Shown here: positions 10,170 through 19,362 of the stretch, one piece after another
How the letters are laid out: each line of letters starts with the position of its first letter
How positions within the stretch are numbered: the first letter of the stretch is position 1
Assembly: GCA_963765495.1 (NCBI GenBank)
Contig: CAVXWP010000009.1
Span: 160,001-224,000 of the forward strand
DNA: 64,000 bases
Direction of reading: 5' to 3'
From: Blastocatellia bacterium
GTDB lineage: Bacteria; Acidobacteriota; Blastocatellia; UBA7656
Notes under the pieces: model-generated
What the model was told of the DNA's origin: nothing
What the model saw: the letters and a program-made list of their open reading frames with translations, nothing else
Databases searched by the model: none
Made by a program: the position numbers and the translations under genes

Positions 10170-10396
10170 AAAGAAAGCCTCCCGCCCGCGCTGCGCCTCG
10201 CTACGCAGTTATGAGCTACGAATTTTGAATTAGAGGAGACACACCCGCTGGAATACGCCTCCGATGTAATGAGTAGTTTGACCTCGCGCCGGGGTATTTA
10301 CAACACAGAAAGTAATTTACCCGTATGGAGGTATTGCCCATCCGTTTCTTGCGATATATGGTATGTGCTGCCGGATGTAATCTTTAGGAGAGATCA

Positions 10397-12049
10397 ATGA
10401 ATTTCATTGAAATGGAATCGGCACAGAAACTCCGGGGCGGCTACTACACCCCGCCAGACCTTGCTGCTTTCATGGTCCGCTGGGTAAAAGAGATCAGCCC
10501 TGACCGCATCCTGGAACCGAGTTGCGGCGATGGTGTGTTTTTCCAGGCGCTCGCGCAGGTAAAAGGCTTTCAGTCGTCAGCCATAATTGGATTCGAGCTT
10601 AACAAAGAGGAAGCCGAAAAGGCTGACGCTCGTGCACGCGATCTTGGTTTGGAAACCTTGCAAATTCACTCCACCGATTTCCTTGCCTGGGCAATCAACC
10701 ATTTGAATGACCGCGAGACCCGATTTGATGCCGTTATCGGGAATCCTCCGTTTATACGCTATCAATACCTCCTCGAGCCTTTCCAAAAGCGATCAGAAAT
10801 TATCTTTAGGCAACTCGGGCTGTCATTCACAAAGCATACCAATGCGTGGGTACCTTTTATTCTTGCTTCAATGGCGCATTTACGACCGGGCGGCAGGCTG
10901 GCGATGGTTGTTCCTTCCGAAATTATCCACGTCACACACGCGCAATCCCTGCGCTCCTATCTTGGCCGCGAATGTCGCCGCGTTGTCATCATTGACCCGG
11001 AAGAGATATGGTTTAGTAAGACGCTACAGGGCGCGGTTATTTTGCTTGCGGAAAAAAGGCAAAGCAAGACCGATATAGCCGGGGGCCTCGGAATCTATCC
11101 GGTAAAAGGGCGCGAATTTCTTCGGCTCGATCCTTCGTCAGTTTTCAACGCCCCCCAGACAATCAACGGTGATACCGTACAGGGGAAGTGGACCCGCGCT
11201 TTACTTGATAAAGAGACTCGCTCACTATTTGAAGAACTCGCAGATCGTGATGATGTCCATCTGTTCAAGGATATTGCCAATGTGGACGTAGGAATCGTCA
11301 CAGGCGCGAATAAGTTTTTTCTTGTCCCCGATGAGATCGTGCAGAGCTATAATCTCGACCGGTGGGCACATCCCATGTTTGGGCGCAGCGAACACTGCCC
11401 CGGCATCATCTATGATGAAAAACAGCACGCAACGAATGTGACCAGAGGCATTCCTACAAATTTCCTGTGGTTTCGACAAATTGATGGAGAATTAAACAGC
11501 AAGGCGAGGGCTTATATAAAATCAGGCGAAGAGCAGAAACTTCACACCCGTTACAAATGCCGTGTCCGGTCACCCTGGTACACGGTACCCTCGGTCTACG
11601 CAACCGAGATAGGCATGCTAAAGCGTTCGCACGACACGCCGCGTCTGATCCTTAATCGTATAGGTGCCTATACGACAGATACAGCCTATCGCATCCGCGC
11701 ACAAAAGATCGTGGCCGAGAAACTTGTAGGCTGCTTTATAAACCCGCTCACAGCATTGAGCGCGGAATTGGAGGGACGGCATTACGGAGGAGGCGTACTC
11801 GAATTGATTCCCTCTGAGATTGAGCGGCTAATTGTTCCCCTGCCTGTGAAGGTAAGCGTAAATCTGAACGAACTGGATAAAGCCATTCGAAACATATCAA
11901 TGGAAAACGTGCTGATTGTTCAAAGTAAAATCGTGCTGAGCGGATTGGGACTCTCCCCCTCGCAGCAGGAGTGTATTTTCGAAGGATGGCGCAAGCTGCG
12001 GGATCGCAGACATCGAACATCAGGTGAGGCTTCTACAGAGGAGGGCTAA
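10397..12049 (+). CDS. N6-adenine DNA methyltransferase (gamma class), no adjacent endonuclease
   Basis: GGYYTP, LEPSCGDG (SAM binding), GNPPF (catalytic), C-terminal TRD-like region. Confidence 0.85.
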   Translation: MNFIEMESAQKLRGGYYTPPDLAAFMVRWVKEISPDRILEPSCGDGVFFQALAQVKGFQSSAIIGFELNKEEAEKADARARDLGLETLQIHSTDFLAWAINHLNDRETRFDAVIGNPPFIRYQYLLEPFQKRSEIIFRQLGLSFTKHTNAWVPFILASMAHLRPGGRLAMVVPSEIIHVTHAQSLRSYLGRECRRVVIIDPEEIWFSKTLQGAVILLAEKRQSKTDIAGGLGIYPVKGREFLRLDPSSVFNAPQTINGDTVQGKWTRALLDKETRSLFEELADRDDVHLFKDIANVDVGIVTGANKFFLVPDEIVQSYNLDRWAHPMFGRSEHCPGIIYDEKQHATNVTRGIPTNFLWFRQIDGELNSKARAYIKSGEEQKLHTRYKCRVRSPWYTVPSVYATEIGMLKRSHDTPRLILNRIGAYTTDTAYRIRAQKIVAEKLVGCFINPLTALSAELEGRHYGGGVLELIPSEIERLIVPLPVKVSVNLNELDKAIRNISMENVLIVQSKIVLSGLGLSPSQQECIFEGWRKLRDRRHRTSGEASTEEG

Positions 12050-12213
12050 TCAATTTCTATTACAAATCGCATTGGATATATTTTGTCTCAGTAAAGTGTC
12101 GATGTCCGACCGATGTGATATTCGCGGCCTGTTTCTCTTACCTTATTTTGGAAATGCCTGTAGGTTCATTTGTACCAATCTTATAGGTTTCGAATTAGAT
12201 GTAAAGAAGAAAC

Positions 12214-12263
12214 AAGTACCCGCGGCAGGAATCGAACCTGCGACCTTTCGCTCCGGAGGCGAA
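12214..12263 (-). repeat. att site (duplicated 3' part of tRNA-Arg)
   Basis: AAGTACCCGCGG...CTCCGGAGGCGAA identical to 33043-33092; lacks the D-arm and 5' acceptor strand. Confidence 0.92.
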
Positions 12264-12410
12264 TCGGCCAGCCCTCCCGCCGCGCTGCTTTAACCGCCTA
12301 TTTGCTCACATCTAGTTACATCTATTGATCTTAGTTACTCGCCGCAGCTACGGTATCGATGCTCGATGTGATGATGAAATAACACCTATTTCCGTCAATT
12401 CTCATCTATC

Positions 12411-12432
12411 CCGGTCACATAGCGGTCACAAA
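12411..12432 (+). promoter_or_regulatory. Putative integrase arm-type binding sites
   Basis: CCGGTCACATAGCGGTCACAAA; matches 32975-32996 at 20 of 22 positions. Confidence 0.6.
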
Positions 12433-12433
12433 A

Positions 12434-13336
12434 TTATTCGCCGCCTCCTACTTCCTCTGCCCTCAGATCGCGCAACAATCGTTCAAACGCTGCCCTGTAT
12501 AAAGTGTAATCCTGCCAGTTACGGAAGTTTCCTATATGGCGCGCTCTTCGTAGCTCTGCCGCCCATGGTTTTTGGCTTTCCATTATCGCTTCATCCAACC
12601 GGATCGGGAATAGCACGGTCTGATTTCTTGTATCTTCCCTCTCCAGAGCGGCATTGACTTCTCTTTCAACCCAACGACTTGAGATTGAATTCTCAGAAAC
12701 AACGATCATAACTTTGTCATATATTCGAATAGTCTCTTCTATGCGGTCTCGGAACCTGTCTCCTATCTTCAAATCTTCGGGGGCATACCAGCAGCGCACT
12801 CCTTTACTTTGCAGATCGGCGTAAAGACGCTCTGCAAATGTTTGATCCTTGCTTGAGTAACTGATGAAACAGGAATAATAATCAAAAGCCTTTCCCGTCA
12901 AAGAAGCCAGGTACGTTATAAGATTTTCAGGCACACCACATCCTCGAAGAAACTCCTCAGATATGTTGCCACCTGATTTGTACAACGTATCCACGCCTAT
13001 CGAAGAAGGGCCAAAGTGTGTAATACTGCTGAGCCCTTTAACCTCACTGAGATCAATATTCGTCAAATTTGTATTACCAATCCAGGTGTGGCTGAGGTTC
13101 GCGCCTTTGAGAAACGCGCCTGTGAGGTTCGCACCTCTGAGGTTCACGCCTGTGAGGTTTGCGCCTCTGAGGTTCGCGCCTGCGAGGTCCGCGTCGAATA
13201 GATACGCCCCTGTGAGGTCTGCGCCTGTGAGGTTCGCGTCACGGAGGTTTGGTCTCTGATCAGAATTTCTGTTCCTCCAATCGCCCCATGCCCTTACACC
13301 TTGCCTGAGAATTTTCAGATGTTCCTCATTTGCCAT
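12434..13336 (-). CDS. Pentapeptide-repeat + TIR domain protein (copy 1)
   Basis: A(N/D)LxG pentapeptides; CFISYS...WYAPED...SRWVEREV TIR motifs. Confidence 0.9.
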   Translation of the reverse strand: MANEEHLKILRQGVRAWGDWRNRNSDQRPNLRDANLTGADLTGAYLFDADLAGANLRGANLTGVNLRGANLTGAFLKGANLSHTWIGNTNLTNIDLSEVKGLSSITHFGPSSIGVDTLYKSGGNISEEFLRGCGVPENLITYLASLTGKAFDYYSCFISYSSKDQTFAERLYADLQSKGVRCWYAPEDLKIGDRFRDRIEETIRIYDKVMIVVSENSISSRWVEREVNAALEREDTRNQTVLFPIRLDEAIMESQKPWAAELRRARHIGNFRNWQDYTLYRAAFERLLRDLRAEEVGGGE

Positions 13337-13356
13337 ATTAACATCTCCACTGACCC

Positions 13357-13455
13357 CTATGGCTTCTTACACACGCCGCACATTCCGCCGCCTTCATTAT
13401 ACTGCTTGAAGCACTTGCGATTCTTTCAAGCTTGGCATGTGGTTGATCCAGTAAA
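13357..13455 (-). pseudogene. Decayed copy of the Cys-rich peptide gene
   Basis: FTGSTTCQA*KNRKCFKQYNEGGGMCGVCKKP* aligns with the C-terminal half of 14666-14866; internal stop and lost cysteines. Confidence 0.8.
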
Positions 13456-13487
13456 TCATTGACCGTGTTACAATCTCCAGCCACAAA

Positions 13488-14645
13488 CTATTTGGCACTC
13501 TTTTCTTCCTCTGCCTTGAGATCGCGCAGCAGCCGCGCAAATCCCTGCTCGAAGTTGTCGTGATTCTTCCAGTCTGAAAAATCAGGTATGAAGTATTCTC
13601 TAACTTCTGCAGCCAGGTCTTTACCAGTGTCTGCATCGAAGCATTGCCATTCTCTGATTCGCTCGAAATCAACTAGGCGTATTGGAAAGAGCTTCCTTCT
13701 CTTCTCTCTTATCTCAACTCTCCTAGCTTTGCGAATCTCAGTCATTACCCATTCGCTCTTCATGCTATCGTCTGAAAGCACGAGCAATAATCTATCGTGA
13801 AGTTGAATGGCTCGCTCGATTTGATCATAGATTTTATCCCCACCCTTCATATCTTCAGGAGCAAACCAGACGCGCAAGTGCTCATCTCGCATACGAGAAT
13901 GGAGCCGCCTTGCAATCTCCTCATCCTTATGACTATAGCTAATAAAGCAGGAATAGAACTGGATCGCTTGCCGCGCTCCAATCAAGGATGGCAGAAAGGT
14001 TATGAATTCATCCGGTACACCACATCCACGAAGGAACTCTTCTGGTATTTTCCCACCTGATTGGTACAGTGTATCCAAATCAATCGAGGAAGGAAGAATG
14101 TGCTCCAAACTCTCAAGGCCTTTAACCTTGCTGAGATCAAGGGCTGTGAAATGTGTATAGCCGATAATTGCATTGCTGAGGTCTGCACCGCTGAGATCCG
14201 CACGGCTGAGGTCCACGCCAGCAAGGTCCGCACCTCTGAGTTTCGCGCGGCTAAGGTTCGTGTCGCTGAGATTCGCGCTAGCGAGATTCGCGTTGTCGAA
14301 GTCAGCCCCGCTGAGGTCCGCGCTGCTGAAATCCGCGCCCACCAGGACCGCACCGATGAGTTTTGCCTCTCTGAGGTCCGCCCCGCTAAGGTTTGCGTTG
14401 CCTATCTCCGAACCATAAAGATTTGAGGCTCTGAGATCTGCACGGCTGAGGTTCGCGCCGCTGAGGTTCGCGCTATAGAGGTTTGCACCGTAGAGGATTG
14501 TTTTGTTGAGATTTGCGCCAATGAGTTCCAAACCACTGAGATCCGCCCCGCTGAGGTCAGGGATTTCATTAGAAATCCTGATTCTCCACTTATTCCATGC
14601 TTCTACCCCTTGCCAAAGAATCTTCAGATGCTCCTCAATTGCCAT
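13488..14645 (-). CDS. Pentapeptide-repeat + TIR domain protein (copy 2, longer repeat region)
   Basis: Long ADLSG/ANLSG array; CFISYS...WFAPED...SEWVMTEI TIR motifs. Confidence 0.9.
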   Translation of the reverse strand: MAIEEHLKILWQGVEAWNKWRIRISNEIPDLSGADLSGLELIGANLNKTILYGANLYSANLSGANLSRADLRASNLYGSEIGNANLSGADLREAKLIGAVLVGADFSSADLSGADFDNANLASANLSDTNLSRAKLRGADLAGVDLSRADLSGADLSNAIIGYTHFTALDLSKVKGLESLEHILPSSIDLDTLYQSGGKIPEEFLRGCGVPDEFITFLPSLIGARQAIQFYSCFISYSHKDEEIARRLHSRMRDEHLRVWFAPEDMKGGDKIYDQIERAIQLHDRLLLVLSDDSMKSEWVMTEIRKARRVEIREKRRKLFPIRLVDFERIREWQCFDADTGKDLAAEVREYFIPDFSDWKNHDNFEQGFARLLRDLKAEEEKSAK

Positions 14646-14665
14646 TCTATTTCCCCCAGTAGCCC

Positions 14666-14866
14666 CTACTGCTTCTTACACACGCCGCACGTCCCGCCAT
14701 CCTTGGCGCAATGCTTGCAGTACTTGCAGTTCTTACAAGCTCGGCAGGGCGTTGATCCCGTACACTTGGCAAACTCCGGCGTAGCCGCTCCGTGTGGGTT
14801 CAAATCGTGTGGAAATGCAAATCCTCCAATTGTTACTACTAATACCAAAATTGCTGCTCTTATCAT
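14666..14866 (-). CDS. Small exported Cys-rich peptide (8 Cys)
   Basis: Hydrophobic N-terminus; CTGSTPCRACKNCKYCKHCAKDGGTCGVC; RBS AAGGAGG. Confidence 0.75.
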   Translation of the reverse strand: MIRAAILVLVVTIGGFAFPHDLNPHGAATPEFAKCTGSTPCRACKNCKYCKHCAKDGGTCGVCKKQ

Positions 14867-14897
14867 CTCCTTCCTCCTTTAGCCTTAAGCTTTCTTT

Positions 14898-15380
14898 TCA
14901 CGCTGCAACCTGCGTGGGCCACAGCTTTAATCCAAATCTAAAACTCGCTACTTCCCTGCTCACCCCGAATTCTTCCATCAACCCCTCGACCGTCTGCCCC
15001 CATGCCAACCTCCCAGGCATCCACGCGACGGCTCCAACAATCGCCGCCTGCCGGTCTGCTTTCCCGTAATTGAAAAACTTCAAGGGCTTAGGATCGTTCG
15101 GATGATAGAGAATGTGAGCTATTTCGTGGAACCCGGCTATTACTTTCTCAGGCCCAGGTAATCGGTTGCTTATGTAAATATACGGAGACCCACCTGCCCA
15201 CAGAGCGTACCCGTCCGCTCCATCAAGCGTATACTCGACCGCCTCGATTCCCAGTTGTTCGCACACAGAATAGAAATCCATAAGGGAAAGCTGACGCGCT
15301 CCCCATCCCGGTATCCATTGTGTGAATCTCTCAACTAAGAATCTATTTGTTGCGTTTCTTCTGTTCGCGGGCCTGAGCAT
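14898..15380 (-). CDS. ImmA/IrrE-family (DUF955) zinc metallopeptidase
   Basis: IYIS..L...HEIAH (HExxH) and C-terminal EEFGVS motif. Confidence 0.8.
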   Translation of the reverse strand: MLRPANRRNATNRFLVERFTQWIPGWGARQLSLMDFYSVCEQLGIEAVEYTLDGADGYALWAGGSPYIYISNRLPGPEKVIAGFHEIAHILYHPNDPKPLKFFNYGKADRQAAIVGAVAWMPGRLAWGQTVEGLMEEFGVSREVASFRFGLKLWPTQVAA

Positions 15381-15633
15381 CTTTTTGCACTCTCTGGACC
15401 TCCCCTTTGGTCCCGCGTCCGCTCATGTACGGTTGACTCACTTCCAGCAGCCCTGCCCTCTGCTGCTCCAGTACCGCTAGCTTTGTCTCTTCCAATTGCT
15501 CCCAAAACGGCAGATACGTATCCAGTATCTCAAGCGCCACCTCGTTGCGGCTCTTGCGCCCGTACCGGCTTATAGCATCGTCTAGCCTTTCGAGTAACTT
15601 ATCATCGGGCCGTAGATTTAGCTGGTTGCTCAT
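15343..15633 (-). CDS. Ribbon-helix-helix repressor candidate
   Basis: MSNQLNLRPDDKLLERLDD...SRNEVALEILDTYL fits the RHH pattern. Confidence 0.7.
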   Translation of the reverse strand: MSNQLNLRPDDKLLERLDDAISRYGRKSRNEVALEILDTYLPFWEQLEETKLAVLEQQRAGLLEVSQPYMSGRGTKGEVQRVQKDAQAREQKKRNK

Positions 15634-15713
15634 ATTGCGCCTAGCATCCCCTATCATCCTCTATCTGTCAATAGCTTGATTTTATTTCTAGCATTTACTA
15701 TATAAAGCTACAA
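15634..15713. promoter_or_regulatory. Back-to-back promoters with repeated CTAGCAT/CTATCAT boxes
   Basis: Minus strand TTGACA at 15666-15671; plus strand TTGATT-N17-TATATA; CTAGCAT at 15641 and 15688. Confidence 0.5.
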
Positions 15714-15908
15714 ATGACAGCACAATCTACACAGAAAAAGAAGGCAGATCCGCGAGGCGTATTCGTAGCGCTCGGCCAGCTCGGCGGCTTCGTAGACGAG
15801 TACGCAAAGAAGAATTCTTTCCTCAAGCAAAACGGGGAAATCAATCGCCCGGCCGCTATCCGAGACATCATCCGAGATCGAAAGCGGATGGAGCAGCAGG
15901 AGGGATGA
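15714..15908 (+). CDS. Small divergent regulator, RHH-like (Cro-equivalent position)
   Basis: GVFVAL strand, GQLGGFVDEYAKKN helix, NRPAAIRDIIRD helix. Confidence 0.55.
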   Translation: MTAQSTQKKKADPRGVFVALGQLGGFVDEYAKKNSFLKQNGEINRPAAIRDIIRDRKRMEQQEG

Positions 15909-16028
15909 GGGATGAGGGATGAGGGATGAAAAAGATTTCAGGGTAACTACTCGGTGAAAGCGGCTCGCCAGTAATCAAGATAGTTCGTGGCGGTCCTTTT
16001 CATCCCTCATCCCTCATCCCTCATCCCT
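15900..16028. repeat. Inverted pair of tandem heptamers (GAGGGAT)n ... (ATCCCTC)n
   Basis: About 4 copies per arm; supplies the stop codon at 15908. Confidence 0.85.
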
Positions 16029-16045
16029 TCAAGAGCGCTCGCCAA

Positions 16046-16813
16046 ATGGGAAAGCTTTTGATCAACGAACCACCTCTTCAGGTCCTGCCTACTCTGGCAA
16101 GGCTGATCGGACTCAACGAAGCGCTCTTTCTTCAGCAACTCCATTACTGGCTTGGCCGGAGCCGCCACGAGCGCGACGGTCGCCGCTGGACATACGGCAC
16201 ATACAACGACTGGCTTCCACAGTTCCCTTTCTGGAGCCTCAGCACGATCAAGCGCACCGTGCGCAACCTTGAGAAAAGAAGGCTGGTAATCTCAGAGCAA
16301 TTCGAAAAGCGAGACTGGATCAGGAAGAAGTGGTACACGATAGATTACGACACCCTCGCGCTCATCGAGGGAACGGATCAACCTGCGCTCAACGATGAGG
16401 TCAGATTGACCCCATCGAGCGGCTCAAATCGGCCTGTTCGAATAGCCCGTAATGCGCCTGTCATGAAGGAACAAGTTCCTTCTACTGAGACTTCTTCTGA
16501 GACTACACACACACAGAGGACCGAGCTTGTGAGTGTGGGTTCAAAATTTTCGAAAGATATCTGCCGAGAATACGCCGATCATCTATACCGGACGCGCCAG
16601 GGCGTAAAGAATCCGGGCGGGTTTGCCACGGCGATCTTTCGTTCCGGCGAGGAAGACAATCAGATAGCCCTCTGGCTCGAAGCCGAGGAGGCCAAAGACC
16701 CGGCAGCCCCCTACGGCATAATCATCAGGTGCCCGGTCTGCGAGAAGACAGAGCCTTGCGGAGAAGAACTATGTGATTTCCCCGTTGAGAAGCTGTCAAA
16801 GGACACAGCATGA
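16046..16813 (+). CDS. Phage-type replication initiator (wHTH replisome organiser)
   Basis: KLLINEPPLQVLPTLA..IGLNEALFLQQLHYWL...FPFWS.STIKR...KWYTIDY, a typical phage replication-protein N-terminus. Confidence 0.8.
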   Translation: MGKLLINEPPLQVLPTLARLIGLNEALFLQQLHYWLGRSRHERDGRRWTYGTYNDWLPQFPFWSLSTIKRTVRNLEKRRLVISEQFEKRDWIRKKWYTIDYDTLALIEGTDQPALNDEVRLTPSSGSNRPVRIARNAPVMKEQVPSTETSSETTHTQRTELVSVGSKFSKDICREYADHLYRTRQGVKNPGGFATAIFRSGEEDNQIALWLEAEEAKDPAAPYGIIIRCPVCEKTEPCGEELCDFPVEKLSKDTA

Positions 16814-16815
16814 GA

Positions 16816-16951
16816 GAAGGATGAAGGATGAAGGATGAAGGATGAAGGATGAAAACAAGGTACGCCAAATCTTGATGAAATCGGTCCATTATTTATAGGA
16901 AATGAGACCAGACATCCGGTTTCATCCTTCATCCTTCATCCTTCATCCTTC
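16816..16951. repeat. Inverted pair of tandem heptamers (AAGGATG)n ... (CATCCTT)n
   Basis: About 5 and 4 copies; same unit as 2753-2866. Confidence 0.85.
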
Positions 16952-16958
16952 AAGGAGG

Positions 16959-17133
16959 CCTGCCATTACTATGGTCCTGAGATAGGCTGGATTCGCCTTA
17001 TCAGTGGCAAGCTCGCTCCGGTCGATCCGCACGCTGAAGAGGTGGATGGCCGAAAGCTCTCATCTTCCCTGATGGAGTCACAGCCCGGCGGCATCTCGGA
17101 TTCGAGAGCGGACACACAAACCATCACGCGACT
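16959..17133 (+). pseudogene. Phage small-gene remnant 'A', copy 1
   Basis: CHYYGPEIGWIRLISGKLAPVDP...; diverged direct repeat of 22246-22421; frameshifted relative to copy 2. Confidence 0.65.
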
Positions 17134-17294
17134 TGCCTGGGATGGCAGAGAATCTTTAGAAAGTGTAAGACTTCATCCTCCTCTCTCCCATCCAGTCTGT
17201 CCCTGTTAATACCCTTGAGCAAAGGCCAAACTTAAAATCTTAAAATCATATTGCTCGCCAGGAAACCTTGAACCATCCTACAATAGCCAATACC

Positions 17295-18311
17295 TTATCT
17301 ACCCACCACTAAAACCACAAATGACCCAGCCTTGATGCTACGATGAGGCCGCTGGGAGGGATCAGTATCCGGAGCCTCCACATATTCAACAGCTCCAAGA
17401 TATATTTTCTTCGTTCTAGGATCAAATGCCATGGTTTTGGCGCTTGGCTGCGTCTTTACGGCGCCAGCATCTTCGTATTCGTTAGCTGACTTTTCATGAA
17501 AGAAGGTTAAGGTACCGTCGCCGCACGAAAAGAAAACCAGTTTAGTTAGCGGATCAAAAACTGCATAATCCACTCCCTTCCCAATAGGGAGGTTGTTAAT
17601 CACCTTCCCCGTTTTGGCGTCCATTACTACCATCATCGGTTCGTTGCGGCAGCCAATAAATAGCCGGTTGGTTTTGGCGTCGTATGCGAGACCCGTCGGT
17701 GTCTTTGCTACGCCGATTTGAAAGCGCTTCTTCACATTAAGTGACTTCGGATCGAATACCACAACTTCTGATGTGTCCTCGCTGTTGACATAAATCAGAC
17801 CGTCACTGCCGATCACTGCTTGTTCGCCATCGCCTTCAATTTTTATCGTGCCAACGACTGCGCCGGTCTTAGCATCGATGGCGCTGATATCGTGCGACCC
17901 ATGATTATTTGTGAAGACACGCTTGGTGCGAGGATCATAGTAAATCCCATCTGGCCCCTTGCCCACATCGATTTTCTTTATAAGCTTCAGCGTGGCAGGA
18001 TCGAACATCGAAACCTTGTCCTCCCGACCATTGCTCGTGAACCCATGATTGAACTCCCGTGTTAGCGCTATACCGTGAACTCCGGGCGTATCCGGGATTG
18101 TGCCTATCAATTTTCCGCTATCAACACTAACGACATCTACCTGCGTTGCGTGTGAGATGTAGAGGCGGCGCGCCGTGTCATCGATTGTCAAGTAGTCAAA
18201 GCCACCATTGCCGGGAACCGGGTAGCGAGCCTCCACTTTATAACCTGTGGTGCCTTGAAACGACATCACGGCAAAGTAACACACAATCAGGATGCTCTTG
18301 ACGCTTATCAT
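17295..18311 (-). CDS. YncE/YVTN-type secreted beta-propeller
   Basis: GGFDY, TPGVHGIA and GKGPDGI repeats; signal peptide. Confidence 0.85.
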   Translation of the reverse strand: MISVKSILIVCYFAVMSFQGTTGYKVEARYPVPGNGGFDYLTIDDTARRLYISHATQVDVVSVDSGKLIGTIPDTPGVHGIALTREFNHGFTSNGREDKVSMFDPATLKLIKKIDVGKGPDGIYYDPRTKRVFTNNHGSHDISAIDAKTGAVVGTIKIEGDGEQAVIGSDGLIYVNSEDTSEVVVFDPKSLNVKKRFQIGVAKTPTGLAYDAKTNRLFIGCRNEPMMVVMDAKTGKVINNLPIGKGVDYAVFDPLTKLVFFSCGDGTLTFFHEKSANEYEDAGAVKTQPSAKTMAFDPRTKKIYLGAVEYVEAPDTDPSQRPHRSIKAGSFVVLVVGR

Positions 18312-18585
18312 AGCCTTTTTCCTTTCAACTTGGTTTCAGCTTTCAATTCTCTTCCGCGTACAATAGCTTATCTTCGCTCGGTCCGACCTGGATCGTGAAA
18401 TATATCTTTTAATAGGTGGGATTATCAACCGCTTGGCGTAGGATTTCAGACCCGGGTTTGTCTCTGTACTTGTCAGGAATATCCCTGAGCGAAAGCGGAA
18501 GCCTGCCGCAAGCAATGGCGGCGTGGAGTGCCTTCGATGGATGCTGTTGACAGCCATCGGGCCTCATCACAAATATTCCGTCGCT

Positions 18586-19362
18586 TCAATGAGCCTCTTC
18601 TGAGGCTCTTTGTGGAAAGATCATAATACAACTCACCATGAAAACAAGTAGGATAATTGATGCAGTGTAGCGGCTGAGCGCCAGCCCACCTGCATCTTGG
18701 GGCTTATCAAGCAGATCTCCGACAACAGCACCGAGCGGTCGCGTAAGAACAAAGGCAGCCCAAAATAACGCCGTGTGAGAGATGGATGTCCAAAAGTATG
18801 CTGCACAAACCATTGCAAGCAAAACGCCAAATATAATGGCGGCTCCGCCATAGCCCAAACCGGCGCTATCAGCCGTCCAGTCGCCAAGCGCAGTTCCCAA
18901 CGTCTGGGAAAACATGATCGTCATCCAGTAAAATGATTCGGCCTTTGGTGAGGTTATCGTCTTGACCGATATCGATCCGAGAGAGCGATGCCAGATAAAT
19001 AGCGAACCAAGAAGAAGCGCTAACAGAAGCGACGAGCCGCCGGCATAGCCTATACCCAAAGATCGGTCGGCGAAGTCGGCCATAGTCGTTCCAACTGTCG
19101 TTGTGGCGACAATCGTTGTCCAGTACAGGAAAGGGTGAAATTGCTTTGCTCGAATCTGTGCGATGACCGCAACGATAAAGATTAGACCGAAGATTCCAGT
19201 GCCAACAAGATAGCCCAGGTTCATTGACATCGTCACGGCATCACCGCCAGTCTCGCCAAGCGTGGTTGCTGCGATCTTGATGATCCAGAAGATCAGCGTG
19301 ACTTCTGGAACCTTATTGACCACGTCCTTCCTGTATTCCTTTTCTGATTCTGATGACTTCAT
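18586..19362 (-). CDS. DUF347 / COG4705 membrane protein
   Basis: KVPEVTLIFWIIKIAATTLGETGGD, TLGTALGD and LTRPLGA repeats. Confidence 0.88.
   Translation of the reverse strand: MKSSESEKEYRKDVVNKVPEVTLIFWIIKIAATTLGETGGDAVTMSMNLGYLVGTGIFGLIFIVAVIAQIRAKQFHPFLYWTTIVATTTVGTTMADFADRSLGIGYAGGSSLLLALLLGSLFIWHRSLGSISVKTITSPKAESFYWMTIMFSQTLGTALGDWTADSAGLGYGGAAIIFGVLLAMVCAAYFWTSISHTALFWAAFVLTRPLGAVVGDLLDKPQDAGGLALSRYTASIILLVFMVSCIMIFPQRASEEAH

Noticed and set aside
12214-12263. Second tRNA-Arg gene
   Set aside because: Only the 3' 50 nt are present, with no D-arm or 5' acceptor strand; it is the att duplication
13357-13455. Selenocysteine at the TGA replacing a Cys in the peptide copy
   Set aside because: Other cysteines are also lost and the start and signal peptide are missing; ordinary decay is the simpler explanation
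10397-14645. MTase plus TIR genes as one defence operon
   Set aside because: They are convergent and separated by the att boundary, so they have different origins
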